Shown: in pieces, positions 47,501 through 56,039 of the stretch
How positions within the stretch are numbered: the stretch's first letter is position 1
How the letters are laid out: the number at the start of each line of letters is the position of its first letter
DNA from: a virus
Strand: one strand, 5' to 3'
Virus record (IMG/VR): IMGVR_UViG_3300045993_000425
Span: 64,001 to 128,000 of that record
DNA: 64,000 bases
Notes under the pieces: generated by a model
Told to the model about the DNA's origin: nothing
What the model saw: the letters and a program-made list of their open reading frames with translations, nothing else
Database searches by the model: none
Program-made: the position numbers and the translations under genes

Positions 47501-47979
47501 AGGGGGTAGATATTCAGACCCACACCCTTCTCCTTGGCGTATTTCAGGATGTCAGGAAGCCTCTCGAGGACTGTCAGGGGGCCAACTTGCTCCTCCCCAT
47601 GTACCCCAGAGATGATCGTCAAGTGCTTCTCACCCTCGGTCACCAGCTTGACGAGGGGTAGACCCTCCACCTCGCCATAGCTATCTGAGCCAGCCACCTT
47701 CTCCCACTCCTTCAGGAAGGCCTTGTAGGGAGTCTTCCAATCCTTGGATGTGAAGACGGAGGGCTCAGGCTGCTCTGCCTTGTGGACAGGCTCCTCATGG
47801 TGATGGTGCGCCTCATGCTGCAAGGTGCGCCTCAAGGCCTTGATGCAGTCAACGTCCTTGGTAGCGATGACTCTGGCGACAGCAGCATCCACCTCCCCCT
47901 TGCTCGAGGAGGGATCGAGGATGACTCTCTCGGCATCGATGAGGATATCGATAGGCTTACTTGTTGTCATGACGTTCAT
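44587..47979 (-). CDS. Polyvalent protein D: M14 carboxypeptidase + TM-flanked zincin + GNAT + HipA/PI3K-like kinase
   Basis: GVHGEE..NP.G..DLH; HEAGH..E; VHPKFQRQGVATALY; LLKP..REAAAY..D.H..N..IDHG. Confidence 0.8.
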   Translation of the reverse strand: MNVMTTSKPIDILIDAERVILDPSSSKGEVDAAVARVIATKDVDCIKALRRTLQHEAHHHHEEPVHKAEQPEPSVFTSKDWKTPYKAFLKEWEKVAGSDSYGEVEGLPLVKLVTEGEKHLTIISGVHGEEQVGPLTVLERLPDILKYAKEKGVGLNIYPLYNPTGWGRGKRNIKDGTPSNHLIEYRVKGKWVLEVADRRYDDVRVAPDASDEAKAFYEDIISIPTPDAMVDLHQDSDLDKKDLPPSTYAYVFDDQLREVAKKAAEILPAAAGQKVELYDVEGNKGTVDPDGLLICKDIDNTTQGVFEHLGCPLTVTVETSLTADKAKVDEVNLTWIYGLIDSIAESDDSLEKGAIRNGVIGALALGMATAGGLAGAKAGSGVGSLTQAKHWSQVNARHAHEVEPTRAIFDRNASKLPGIKLTTPADLRAPTTPKEEARWAKFKTSVKMSPFSIPSEGHIFANDTAHPSAVSHEAGHILDPNPPAPGTIANTLSGATLESEKRAWDHAPMPVDPEMREAALSTYEGAQTGSRVGFGLGAVGLGIAGGIAAAGAIPRRRRLPGQLPPAPDSTRKSERLRKMPLEYPSWPDNEARYQAEDARPGTPDTYIDTHPLGEGRWVHHYRDSEDEGDIPWSRFNVTATDVPTHIEERPTIATLRGISNRTGMTIFNTVVHPKFQRQGVATALYRHLASRFGTVWSDTTNSPESYALWDSLETQPDLKVQQGTPGKPDRHSLQMAPASPNKTKKSEQLLGLDPEAGKLESWEIIQASRQLGHDPDLDRLVSAAIFLAAGRPFDHDQYQIAYRVLGDKKKAVLFAVQLADNEQNLRALEAVLELGGRDLGKAEEEKHWVKTVTPAVLEARDTALEVGRAAKEGLVWPLNLNGKHSKGALAARDPKSGGIWLLKPGSGKLSPAAGVRQETASQSAREAAAYHIAKEMGLGQSIPHCDLLLINGRETAAMRLLGAQFKPLDEQNRQAEQLASEVLIPYLKSGLLHRLACYLWVIGETDAHGQNILVEPAGAIALIDHGSAFAGTDYSPGTDPSSFVPYILRAWAPLDFMKMAPEDRLVYMPKLAGQDDIDLREWLLDLNENVIEKTLRLYGVGTECPMTRLRQLRDIHGNLSEGMNKLWSGC

Positions 47980-50900
47980 AGTCGAGGCCTCCCATAGGAG
48001 ACTGATAGTAGTATGGGTTCTCGTCCTCTAGGATATGTGTTGGCGCGTCAAGTAGATGGAAATGCATTTCCCGAACCAGCGAATCGAACATACCACCACG
48101 AATCGGAGTCTTTAGGTCAAACCAACCAGAAGAGCCAGTTGTTGGATGTAGGATGTGTGAGAACTTCCTCGCAGCCCAGACATACCTGTGCCTATCAGTA
48201 GAAGCTGGCGGCAGGAGGCCAAATCTCCGATGCAGGAACATCTGGGAGAGGAACTTCAACCTCTCAGAATGAGACAGCTTCTTGCATTGCAGCGCATACC
48301 AGACGACCATGTGGTTTAGCTGCTTGCGCTTCCCTTCCAAGCCTACCACCGTATTGTCGGGCTTGTTGTCACTGTATGTCGGGTCATCGAGTCCCTCAAT
48401 GTGTGCGACTAGAGCCCCGAACCTCTGTACCCAACCAACGTAGGCACAAGCTCGCCTCGCTTGGATGAGCTGTGGCCTCTTGGCTCCCTCTGGCAAGTCA
48501 TCTGGGTATACACCACCAGGGTAGTCATCTTTGTCATATGAGTTTTCAGCATGGAGCAACCCACCTCCATCCCCCCACTTCCAAGGAGTTCTGTCGCTCC
48601 CTAAGATGTGTCTTATGAACTCAGGAGTGTAGTGCTGGGCCAAGATCTCCGTCGTCGCCTCCTCTAGGGCCTTGGCGCTATCTGAGTCGTAGTCGTGATA
48701 TTGGGAGGCACCATGCATGGCTTCGTGCAGGTAGACAGTTACAGCATCATCATAATCCCACAGGTTCGCACCCGAGTCAGCATCCGACAGTACCTTGGCG
48801 AAGTCAGACGCATCCTGGCGACCCATCACGATCTTGCCAGCCCAGGTGTGATGAGCTCTGGCTTCAGGCAGAGGCAATGCCCGGTCAATCGCACCACCTA
48901 AGCGGTTGCCTACAGGATTGCGTGCCCCCACCATAGCAACAACAGCTCCACCCAGCTTGATCAGAGCCGACTGGTTGCGAGTGAAGTCATCAGCCCTGTT
49001 ACCATCCACATCTTCCTGGTCATAGTCCCAGATGGGCTTCCCTTGGATGTGGGTCGTCGGCTTCCAGTCATCCTTCAGGTCAGGAGCATGGCTCCCCCAA
49101 GCCGGTAGAGGGAACTCGATCTCGTGGTTCGGCTTGGAGTCATAGGGCTCACCTGACCAGTACAGCTTGGGCTGTGGAGGCAGAGGAGCAATAGCTGGTG
49201 CAGGGACGACCTCCACCTTGGGCTCAGACTTGGGCGCCTTCTTGCGAGGCTTCTTGGCCTTAGGCGGCTCTGCCTTCTCGAGTGCGCCGATGTTGACCTC
49301 AGAGCAGGGCACAGCCTCCACCCAGTAAGCCCTTCCATCAGGGAGTTTCCCTCGAGGTGGCTGGTCGGTGCGGAAGAAGACCAGCTGGCTGCCTGGGGGC
49401 AGAGCTAATTGGAGCTCCTGGTAGAGAGGGATCGAGGATGGCCAAGCTGTTACGGCTTTCCCTTCCACCACCTCGTCTGTCACCTCTGTCGGGATGAGCC
49501 TGTCAGCTAGATGCTGCGCTGCGGCAACGATAGGCATGATCGTCATCCAGCCTGGCACCTCTCGCTTCCGCTCTGCGATCCACCCATGCAATTGAGACAA
49601 CCAGACGGCCTGCTGGTCATCATCTGAGGATTTACCCAGTTTGTTCCTCTCTGCATGAGCCGCAATCTCGGCAGGGTTACGCCACCAGTGACCTCCACCC
49701 CATCTCTCCTCTACCTGCTGCCTAATGAAACCAGCAGCACCGAATGCCCTCTGGGACCCAATGTTGTTGGTCGCAATAAATGCGCGAGCTGGCTTGTCCC
49801 CAATGTACTGCTTGAGAGCCCTACCCGCATGACCATTGCCTCGAGCGGCTGGAGTGATATAAGTCGCACCAGCTCGAATAACACCATCCTCAGTCCTGGG
49901 TGTGAAGAAACCTACCGGCTTACCAGCGTGGTCCAGAATGGGGTGGCGATAGGCTCCATCCTCTGAGTCAACATGCCCACGCAGCTCTGGGTCATTTGAG
50001 GCCTCATCGATTAGGTGAGCCAGATTTGGTTGCTCCCCCTTCGCCAATCCAGCCGGTAGCGGCTTGATGAGGTGTTTCTCTGACCTGTCCTTCTCATACT
50101 GCAACCGGAACTGAATCGCCTTCTGAATATCCCTGTAAGCCACAGACTTGGCATCAGCCGGTAGGGACTCGTGAAGGAGAGCTATAGGAACCTTCCTGTT
50201 GCTCAAGACGGCCTTCCTGACCTTAGGGCTGGTGTGGTTGGCCAGGAGGGAGATGATCTCAGGGCTCAGGTTCTTCTGTTGAGCCAAGTCCCGTAGCTGA
50301 GACTCGATGTTATTGGAGTTTCTGGGATGATTGAATAGCCGGTATGCGACCGCCTGAAGGCGAGGAGATATCCCGATATTCACCATCCTCCGACTGAGAT
50401 CGTCAGCATTCGTCTGTAAGTCGTCGACACCTACACTAGAGCTTCCAAACCTGTCGAGAGCGGCCTCAATCGCCTCATCACTAAGGCGATGGTTGTGGAG
50501 TAGCATCTCAGTCAAGAGATTCTTTGTGCCGACATGCTGCTGGTGGTTGATCGGGTTCCGACACTTGCTAGCTAGAGACTCCACCGCAGCAGCAGACAGT
50601 GGAGCGTTTGCCACCATCTGATTCCCCATGCCAACGGCTGTTACCGCTTGCTGGGCGCGAAACAGTCGGTCTGCCTGCTGCTCTGTAAGGTTTGGGTTTC
50701 CAGCTAGCCAGTCAATATGATTCAGAGGCTTGCGATTGCTGTGGTTCTTGGTCGCCCAATCTACCATTTCATCTAGGAGTGAACCCGACACCAGATTGGA
50801 TTCAACCAAGGGTTGAGGAGCCTCCTCTGGCTTGATTCTCCTCCATAGCCTTTCCATGTGGGCACTTGTTGCGTTTGGGTGCATGGTCAGGCGTGTGACA

Positions 50901-51919
50901 CCCATGTGGTCATCTGGAGGCACCCGATCGGCAATCAGATTGAGGTCTTCCGATGTCAGAGTTTTTGCTCTAGCTGACTCACTATCTGTTCTGGCCAGAT
51001 CTTCCTTGAACTTATCAAAATGCCTTCGTCTTGATGCAAGGTCGCCCTTTTTCAGGCCCCTCCACCAGCTGCTGCCGTTATTCAGTATCGACCGCCTGAT
51101 GTCCTCTGCTCTCGCCTCATATCTAGTGCCTGAGTTGGACACCAGATACTCATTCTCGTGATTATCGTCACAGTACGAACGGTGGAAGTGCGGATACGCG
51201 AACCAGATGTCTTTCAAGGGCACCCAGGCATGGTGCATATTCGAGCCGAAGCCGGTATCGACTTGGTCAGCGAAGCTCGACAGAGCATGCTCTTGGGTCA
51301 TTAGGTGGGTGTCGAGCCCCCTAGTGAGGGCGACGTGAGTTTCCCCATTGATGAGCCGAGTATTCAGCCCACAGCCCCCAAGGATGTCGTTGTGAAGTTC
51401 CTGCCGGTGGTCAAGCAGGTCCTGCATGAGACGCGGGTTCTTCTGAACCCAGAGGTGAAGCTGCTTACTAGTGAGGTGCTTGGTCCTGCTGTTCGCCTCA
51501 CCTGTCTGGATCAGCTTTAGGAAGTCCCTATCGAGGGTGTGACCCGTCTCTGGGTCATCATAGGCTGCCAGATTGTTGAAGCGATGGACGAAGTACTTGG
51601 CTACGACAGCCGGTGGCTGGTGGGGGCTCGCCTTGTAGGCCCTAAATAGATGCTGGGCGGTAGACTCACCCTTGTCGAGGGCTGTGGCACGCTCCCAAGC
51701 ATCATCATCGACATCAATCGAATCCCACCCACCATTCGTCTTCCTCTTGGTGTTCGGGTCGACAGGGGTTGGGTGACCTGACTCTAGGTGCTGTTGCTTG
51801 AGGTCTGCCCTGGAGGGATGCCTTAGCCACCTCTCCTGGGCGCGATTCTGCCTGACCATCTGGTCTGCATGGTCAAGACCAACGTCTGCATTTTGGCTTG
51901 CGCCTGACTTGTCTGGCAT
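47957..51919 (-). CDS. Polyvalent protein C: R-S-E ART-like + helical repeats + GNAT + zincin metallopeptidase
   Basis: LTRG..LSSF..ENEYLV; NPNL-type helical repeats; ARGNGHA..N..S..F...GF; HEAMH..LEEATTE. Confidence 0.75.
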   Translation of the reverse strand: MPDKSGASQNADVGLDHADQMVRQNRAQERWLRHPSRADLKQQHLESGHPTPVDPNTKRKTNGGWDSIDVDDDAWERATALDKGESTAQHLFRAYKASPHQPPAVVAKYFVHRFNNLAAYDDPETGHTLDRDFLKLIQTGEANSRTKHLTSKQLHLWVQKNPRLMQDLLDHRQELHNDILGGCGLNTRLINGETHVALTRGLDTHLMTQEHALSSFADQVDTGFGSNMHHAWVPLKDIWFAYPHFHRSYCDDNHENEYLVSNSGTRYEARAEDIRRSILNNGSSWWRGLKKGDLASRRRHFDKFKEDLARTDSESARAKTLTSEDLNLIADRVPPDDHMGVTRLTMHPNATSAHMERLWRRIKPEEAPQPLVESNLVSGSLLDEMVDWATKNHSNRKPLNHIDWLAGNPNLTEQQADRLFRAQQAVTAVGMGNQMVANAPLSAAAVESLASKCRNPINHQQHVGTKNLLTEMLLHNHRLSDEAIEAALDRFGSSSVGVDDLQTNADDLSRRMVNIGISPRLQAVAYRLFNHPRNSNNIESQLRDLAQQKNLSPEIISLLANHTSPKVRKAVLSNRKVPIALLHESLPADAKSVAYRDIQKAIQFRLQYEKDRSEKHLIKPLPAGLAKGEQPNLAHLIDEASNDPELRGHVDSEDGAYRHPILDHAGKPVGFFTPRTEDGVIRAGATYITPAARGNGHAGRALKQYIGDKPARAFIATNNIGSQRAFGAAGFIRQQVEERWGGGHWWRNPAEIAAHAERNKLGKSSDDDQQAVWLSQLHGWIAERKREVPGWMTIMPIVAAAQHLADRLIPTEVTDEVVEGKAVTAWPSSIPLYQELQLALPPGSQLVFFRTDQPPRGKLPDGRAYWVEAVPCSEVNIGALEKAEPPKAKKPRKKAPKSEPKVEVVPAPAIAPLPPQPKLYWSGEPYDSKPNHEIEFPLPAWGSHAPDLKDDWKPTTHIQGKPIWDYDQEDVDGNRADDFTRNQSALIKLGGAVVAMVGARNPVGNRLGGAIDRALPLPEARAHHTWAGKIVMGRQDASDFAKVLSDADSGANLWDYDDAVTVYLHEAMHGASQYHDYDSDSAKALEEATTEILAQHYTPEFIRHILGSDRTPWKWGDGGGLLHAENSYDKDDYPGGVYPDDLPEGAKRPQLIQARRACAYVGWVQRFGALVAHIEGLDDPTYSDNKPDNTVVGLEGKRKQLNHMVVWYALQCKKLSHSERLKFLSQMFLHRRFGLLPPASTDRHRYVWAARKFSHILHPTTGSSGWFDLKTPIRGGMFDSLVREMHFHLLDAPTHILEDENPYYYQSPMGGLDYERHDNK

Positions 51920-51949
51920 CAGAGGCTAGATTGCGGCTGATCGAAGGTG

Positions 51950-52213
51950 CTAACCGTGCCTGATCCAGGGGTCTTCGGCTTGCTTGAGGTAGTCCTCTGG
52001 GATCTGGTTCGGGTCGACATTAGGCCTATAGGGCTCGACCTTGACCTCGAGGTCGCCACGCTTGTTGGCGACAGCCACAGCCTCCTCGAGGCTCCTAGCC
52101 GTTTCTGCCTCAGGCACATGGAGGTCGATCCAGTTTCGGATGGTCTGGTGGTCACCAAATACAGCCTCCTGGCGGCCTTCTGTCAGGTGTAGTACCGTCA
52201 ATTTAAGTAGCAT
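51950..52213 (-). CDS. Small hypothetical protein between the polyproteins
   Basis: Start reassigned to MLLKLT, overlapping the upstream stop. Confidence 0.55.
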   Translation of the reverse strand: MLLKLTVLHLTEGRQEAVFGDHQTIRNWIDLHVPEAETARSLEEAVAVANKRGDLEVKVEPYRPNVDPNQIPEDYLKQAEDPWIRHG

Positions 52214-55200
52214 CTTTGGCTCTAGGAGAAAGTGGAGAAACCGCTTGATTTGCTTGGTGATTCTCAATCCTATCAAAACCCATCAGCTTGATGGCAACGT
52301 CGTCCTGGTGGGCTAGGTTGCTCATGATCTCAGCCGGTACACCGCTGCTGCAATCGACCCACCGCCACTCCTCGACCTCATTGTCGGGGTCATTCGCAGA
52401 AGTGGGCTCCCCATCAGAGACGCCGAAGAAGATCGAGACAGGAACCTCTCCCTTAGGCCCACCATTCGCCTGCCCGACCTCTCTGAGGGTCTTCACCTCT
52501 AGGCCAGCCTCTTCCATCAACTCCCTCTTGGCTGCGTCCAGTGCCTGCTCTCCTGCCTCTACATGGCCACCAGGGAAGGTCCAGCCTCCAGCCTGTCGCC
52601 TTCCGAAGAGGATACGCCCATCCCAGTGCTCGATGATGCAGGTAACGGCAGAGGTCATGGAGGGAGACAACTCACCCTTGCCTAGACTAGGCTTCATTGG
52701 CATGGGCTTCATTGGCATGGGCTCCCTAGACCTGATCCCGATGTCGGAAGGTCGCAAGTCCCCAGGAACGTATCCATTGCGCTCTGGATAGGGGGTAGGG
52801 GCAGGGACAGCCGGTAGATATCTAGTGTCACCAGCTAGGTGATTGGTGGTGTTCCTCGCGACCCTGACTGGAACCTCCTTCAGTCCAGCAATTCCAGCTG
52901 CGATCAAGCGGTGATGACCCTCTCCCAAGGTCAAGGTCTTCTCTCGCTGGTGATAGGTCAGCATCAGAGGCTCCCTGATGCCGTTCGTCTTGATGTCATC
53001 AGCCAGTGCCCTGTTCTGGGCTGCATCGTTCCGGCGATCTACCTGAATGTACTTCAGAACTTCGTCAATAGGAACCAGTTCAGTATGGTCAGACCAGTTA
53101 CGTTTCATCGTGCTGTGGGCCTCCTCAGTGAACCGTCCACTCGCGTCTCGCCACTCTGGAGGCTCCTGCGAGCTCGCCTTCCTGATGTCATTGGTCATGA
53201 CAGTATCTATAACACGTTTGTCCATCTTTGGACTAGGGCCAAATGAGTCTATTTCAGAGGAGGACTTGCCGAGGCCATACTTGTACGGCTTCCCATATTC
53301 AGGGTGGTCTGGGTTGCCCTGGTCATACCCCTCCAGCTCGTGGTCCCTCGTGACAGAGACATGAGTCCTGGCAGCAGGGCCTGAGTGATAACTTCCGAGG
53401 ACAGTATGGCATCCGAAGTGGTTTCTAGCATGGGCGTTGAAAGCTTCCACCATCAGCTTCCCAAACCCCTTCTTCTTCATGTCCTCGTCCCGAATCTCCT
53501 GGTAGTCGATCCGAGCCGTCTTAGGTGCATCCCAATCAATCCGGCCATCTAGGACGCCTAGCCGGTTGCCTGAGGGGTACAGGAGAGCGACGGACTGCAT
53601 TCGTGGCTCAAGTAGAGGCTCCCCAGCAGGCCATCCATCCTGCCTCTCTCTGACCTCTCTCGTCGTGAGCTTGTCAGACCAATGTCGGACGTGCAGCTTG
53701 AAGCCCTTATCCTGGTACTCCTTCGGGAGGCGGAAGCTGTAGTCATGGCTCGTCACTACCGGCTCATCCGCTTTGGGTGCCCCAGGAGGAACCGGGATGG
53801 TAGACAAGGCCATCTTCTCGAGGTCCTCGCCCTTGCCCAGACCGTACCTGTAGGGCCCGAAGCGATTGTCGAAGCTTGACTCATTGGAATTGTGCTGGAT
53901 ACCATTCCTCTCGGGTTTCAGGTCCCTGGCCCGATAGGGTAGTTCATGCACCCTGGCCATCTTGTTGTGGACCCTGTTCGCATCAGTCGAGTGGTACTCA
54001 CCTTGGACCGTATGGCAGCCGTGGTGGTTGCGGACATGGGCGAGGAAGGTTTCGTACATCAGACTACCCAGCCCCCTCCCCTTCAGGTTGTTGTCTATTA
54101 GATCGGTATAGTCAATCTCAGCCACATTGGGAGCAGACAGATGTGCCTGCCCAGACACCTCGCCAACCTTGTTGTTGCCTTTGTCCAGCAAGTTCGCGTT
54201 GATGTGGTACACTCTAGGTCCATTCCCGATTGGTCCCTTACTGGAAGCAGGGGTGTTATTCACCACCAGCCGGTATCCAAGCCTTTGATACTCCTCAGGA
54301 AGCCTCTTGGTGTAGTCATGCTGGATAGCTCCCCTAGCCTGCTGGAATGGGGTCAGAACTGGGTTACTTACTAGTGGACCCACGGGAATGGTAGACAGGG
54401 CCATCTTGGTGAGGCTAGCTGGCAGCTCTGACTTGAGCTCCATCTCATGCGGCCCAAACATCCCATCGAATGCCGTATCGCCCTTCTTCCTTCTAGCCAT
54501 CTCAGAGGGGGTAGGGTGTGGATTCAGGACTGGCTTGTAGTCCAGCCCCTGCTGCCTGGCTACGCTTGCTCTCGCCCTCGAGGCTGCTGTGCTGTGGACA
54601 CCCGAGACATCCGTTGTGCAGCCATGGTGATTCTTGGCATGGGCCATAATAGCCGTATACATCGAACTGCCCATGCCTTGACCCTGGAAGCCGTTGTCGA
54701 GGTCCGAGAGCCCGATGTTGAGAGAGCCCTGCTGGTAATTCATAGGCTGCTTGCTATTTTGGTGCTCATGCAGGCGACCAACTACCTGCCCGAGGACGTT
54801 GTTCTCCTTGTCGTACATGGTAGCCGAGATGTCGCCAGCCTCAGGGAAACCTCTCTTGTATGTTTTGGCTGACTCGACTATTAGCTGGTGCCCTGCCTTC
54901 TGGTGCTCAGGCTTCAGAAGGTGGGAGTAGTCGAACGCTTGAGTGCCATCACTGCCAGCTGTTCCAGTAGGCTTTCCGAGGGCAATGTTGGCTAGGGCCA
55001 TCTTCTCGAGGTCTTCCGAGTCGGACTTCTTTACTGGAGGAAGAGGACGCCCATTGATTGCAGACCTCACCTGCTGGTCATGGTCGAATGGGCGGTATGT
55101 GATGTGAGTCTGAAGCTCGTCGGCACCATGGTCTTCAGGGTCTGCCAAGTGATCGTATTCTCTACTCAAAGCTTGGATCTCGCCTGGATCTTTCCCGAGT

Positions 55201-56039
55201 AGGTTTGGAGCAGCCTCGGTCACACCCTGGAAGATGTCTCTGTGGATAATACCATCATAGCCAAGTCGCTTGCCTACAACTGGCGTCCTGGGGGCATCCA
55301 CGAAGGCGAAGGTGTCAGCCCTGATGTTGTCAGCATGCTTGAAAGCTGACTTCGTATCTGTCTCCATGTCCTTGAAGTCATCCCTTGCCTGCATGAGAGG
55401 GGTGGACATGTGCATGAAACCAGACTGATCTTCGTAGGGAACCTTGTTCCAGGGGTCCATCCCTGCATTGACCTTGAAGCTAGACTCTCCATCCATATTC
55501 ATATCTTTGACATGACGTTTGGATAGGTAATTCAATACCTTGACCGCTTCTTCGTGTGTCATCCCATTCGGCTTACCATATTTCATCGCTCTCAGGTAGT
55601 GACCAAATGACATTTGAGGACCATGCTTAGTCAGGTCTAGTGGGTTCTTGAGCACCATATGGACAGGGAACACATTGGCTCCCTCTCCAAACTTGCTGCC
55701 GCCCTTGTAGGAAGGTCCTGGGGTTCCCGAGTAGATGCTGCCGATGTCGGACGAGTCTGTGTATGAACGAGTCGAAAGAGCACCATGCGGGTTGCCAGCT
55801 CGCCTAGTGCCCCGATACAGGACGATAGGCTTACCTTTACTGTCAACCAGCCTGGAGCCAGCGAACCAAGAAGGGTCGGGTTCGACAGCCTTCATAAGCT
55901 CACCCGCACTTACAACATACTCAGACCTCTTATGCAGCCGGAAACGCCCATTGGCGCTCTTTTCGGGAGAAGCCGGTACATCGGGCTCATCCGACCCCTT
56001 CGTCGCTTGGTGAGCCGCCTTCCTCGCTTTAATCTTCAT
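52203..56039 (-). CDS. Polyvalent protein B: ART + 3x GNAT + ParB/Srx + Nudix
   Basis: Start reassigned to MKIKARK; GKP.VLYRGT..V.PV....KNP..GYDGII; three G.G.G..MY/V modules; GIREP..EGHHR; GGHVEAGE...AKRELMEEAGL. Confidence 0.82.
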   Translation of the reverse strand: MKIKARKAAHQATKGSDEPDVPASPEKSANGRFRLHKRSEYVVSAGELMKAVEPDPSWFAGSRLVDSKGKPIVLYRGTRRAGNPHGALSTRSYTDSSDIGSIYSGTPGPSYKGGSKFGEGANVFPVHMVLKNPLDLTKHGPQMSFGHYLRAMKYGKPNGMTHEEAVKVLNYLSKRHVKDMNMDGESSFKVNAGMDPWNKVPYEDQSGFMHMSTPLMQARDDFKDMETDTKSAFKHADNIRADTFAFVDAPRTPVVGKRLGYDGIIHRDIFQGVTEAAPNLLGKDPGEIQALSREYDHLADPEDHGADELQTHITYRPFDHDQQVRSAINGRPLPPVKKSDSEDLEKMALANIALGKPTGTAGSDGTQAFDYSHLLKPEHQKAGHQLIVESAKTYKRGFPEAGDISATMYDKENNVLGQVVGRLHEHQNSKQPMNYQQGSLNIGLSDLDNGFQGQGMGSSMYTAIMAHAKNHHGCTTDVSGVHSTAASRARASVARQQGLDYKPVLNPHPTPSEMARRKKGDTAFDGMFGPHEMELKSELPASLTKMALSTIPVGPLVSNPVLTPFQQARGAIQHDYTKRLPEEYQRLGYRLVVNNTPASSKGPIGNGPRVYHINANLLDKGNNKVGEVSGQAHLSAPNVAEIDYTDLIDNNLKGRGLGSLMYETFLAHVRNHHGCHTVQGEYHSTDANRVHNKMARVHELPYRARDLKPERNGIQHNSNESSFDNRFGPYRYGLGKGEDLEKMALSTIPVPPGAPKADEPVVTSHDYSFRLPKEYQDKGFKLHVRHWSDKLTTREVRERQDGWPAGEPLLEPRMQSVALLYPSGNRLGVLDGRIDWDAPKTARIDYQEIRDEDMKKKGFGKLMVEAFNAHARNHFGCHTVLGSYHSGPAARTHVSVTRDHELEGYDQGNPDHPEYGKPYKYGLGKSSSEIDSFGPSPKMDKRVIDTVMTNDIRKASSQEPPEWRDASGRFTEEAHSTMKRNWSDHTELVPIDEVLKYIQVDRRNDAAQNRALADDIKTNGIREPLMLTYHQREKTLTLGEGHHRLIAAGIAGLKEVPVRVARNTTNHLAGDTRYLPAVPAPTPYPERNGYVPGDLRPSDIGIRSREPMPMKPMPMKPSLGKGELSPSMTSAVTCIIEHWDGRILFGRRQAGGWTFPGGHVEAGEQALDAAKRELMEEAGLEVKTLREVGQANGGPKGEVPVSIFFGVSDGEPTSANDPDNEVEEWRWVDCSSGVPAEIMSNLAHQDDVAIKLMGFDRIENHQANQAVSPLSPRAKDAT

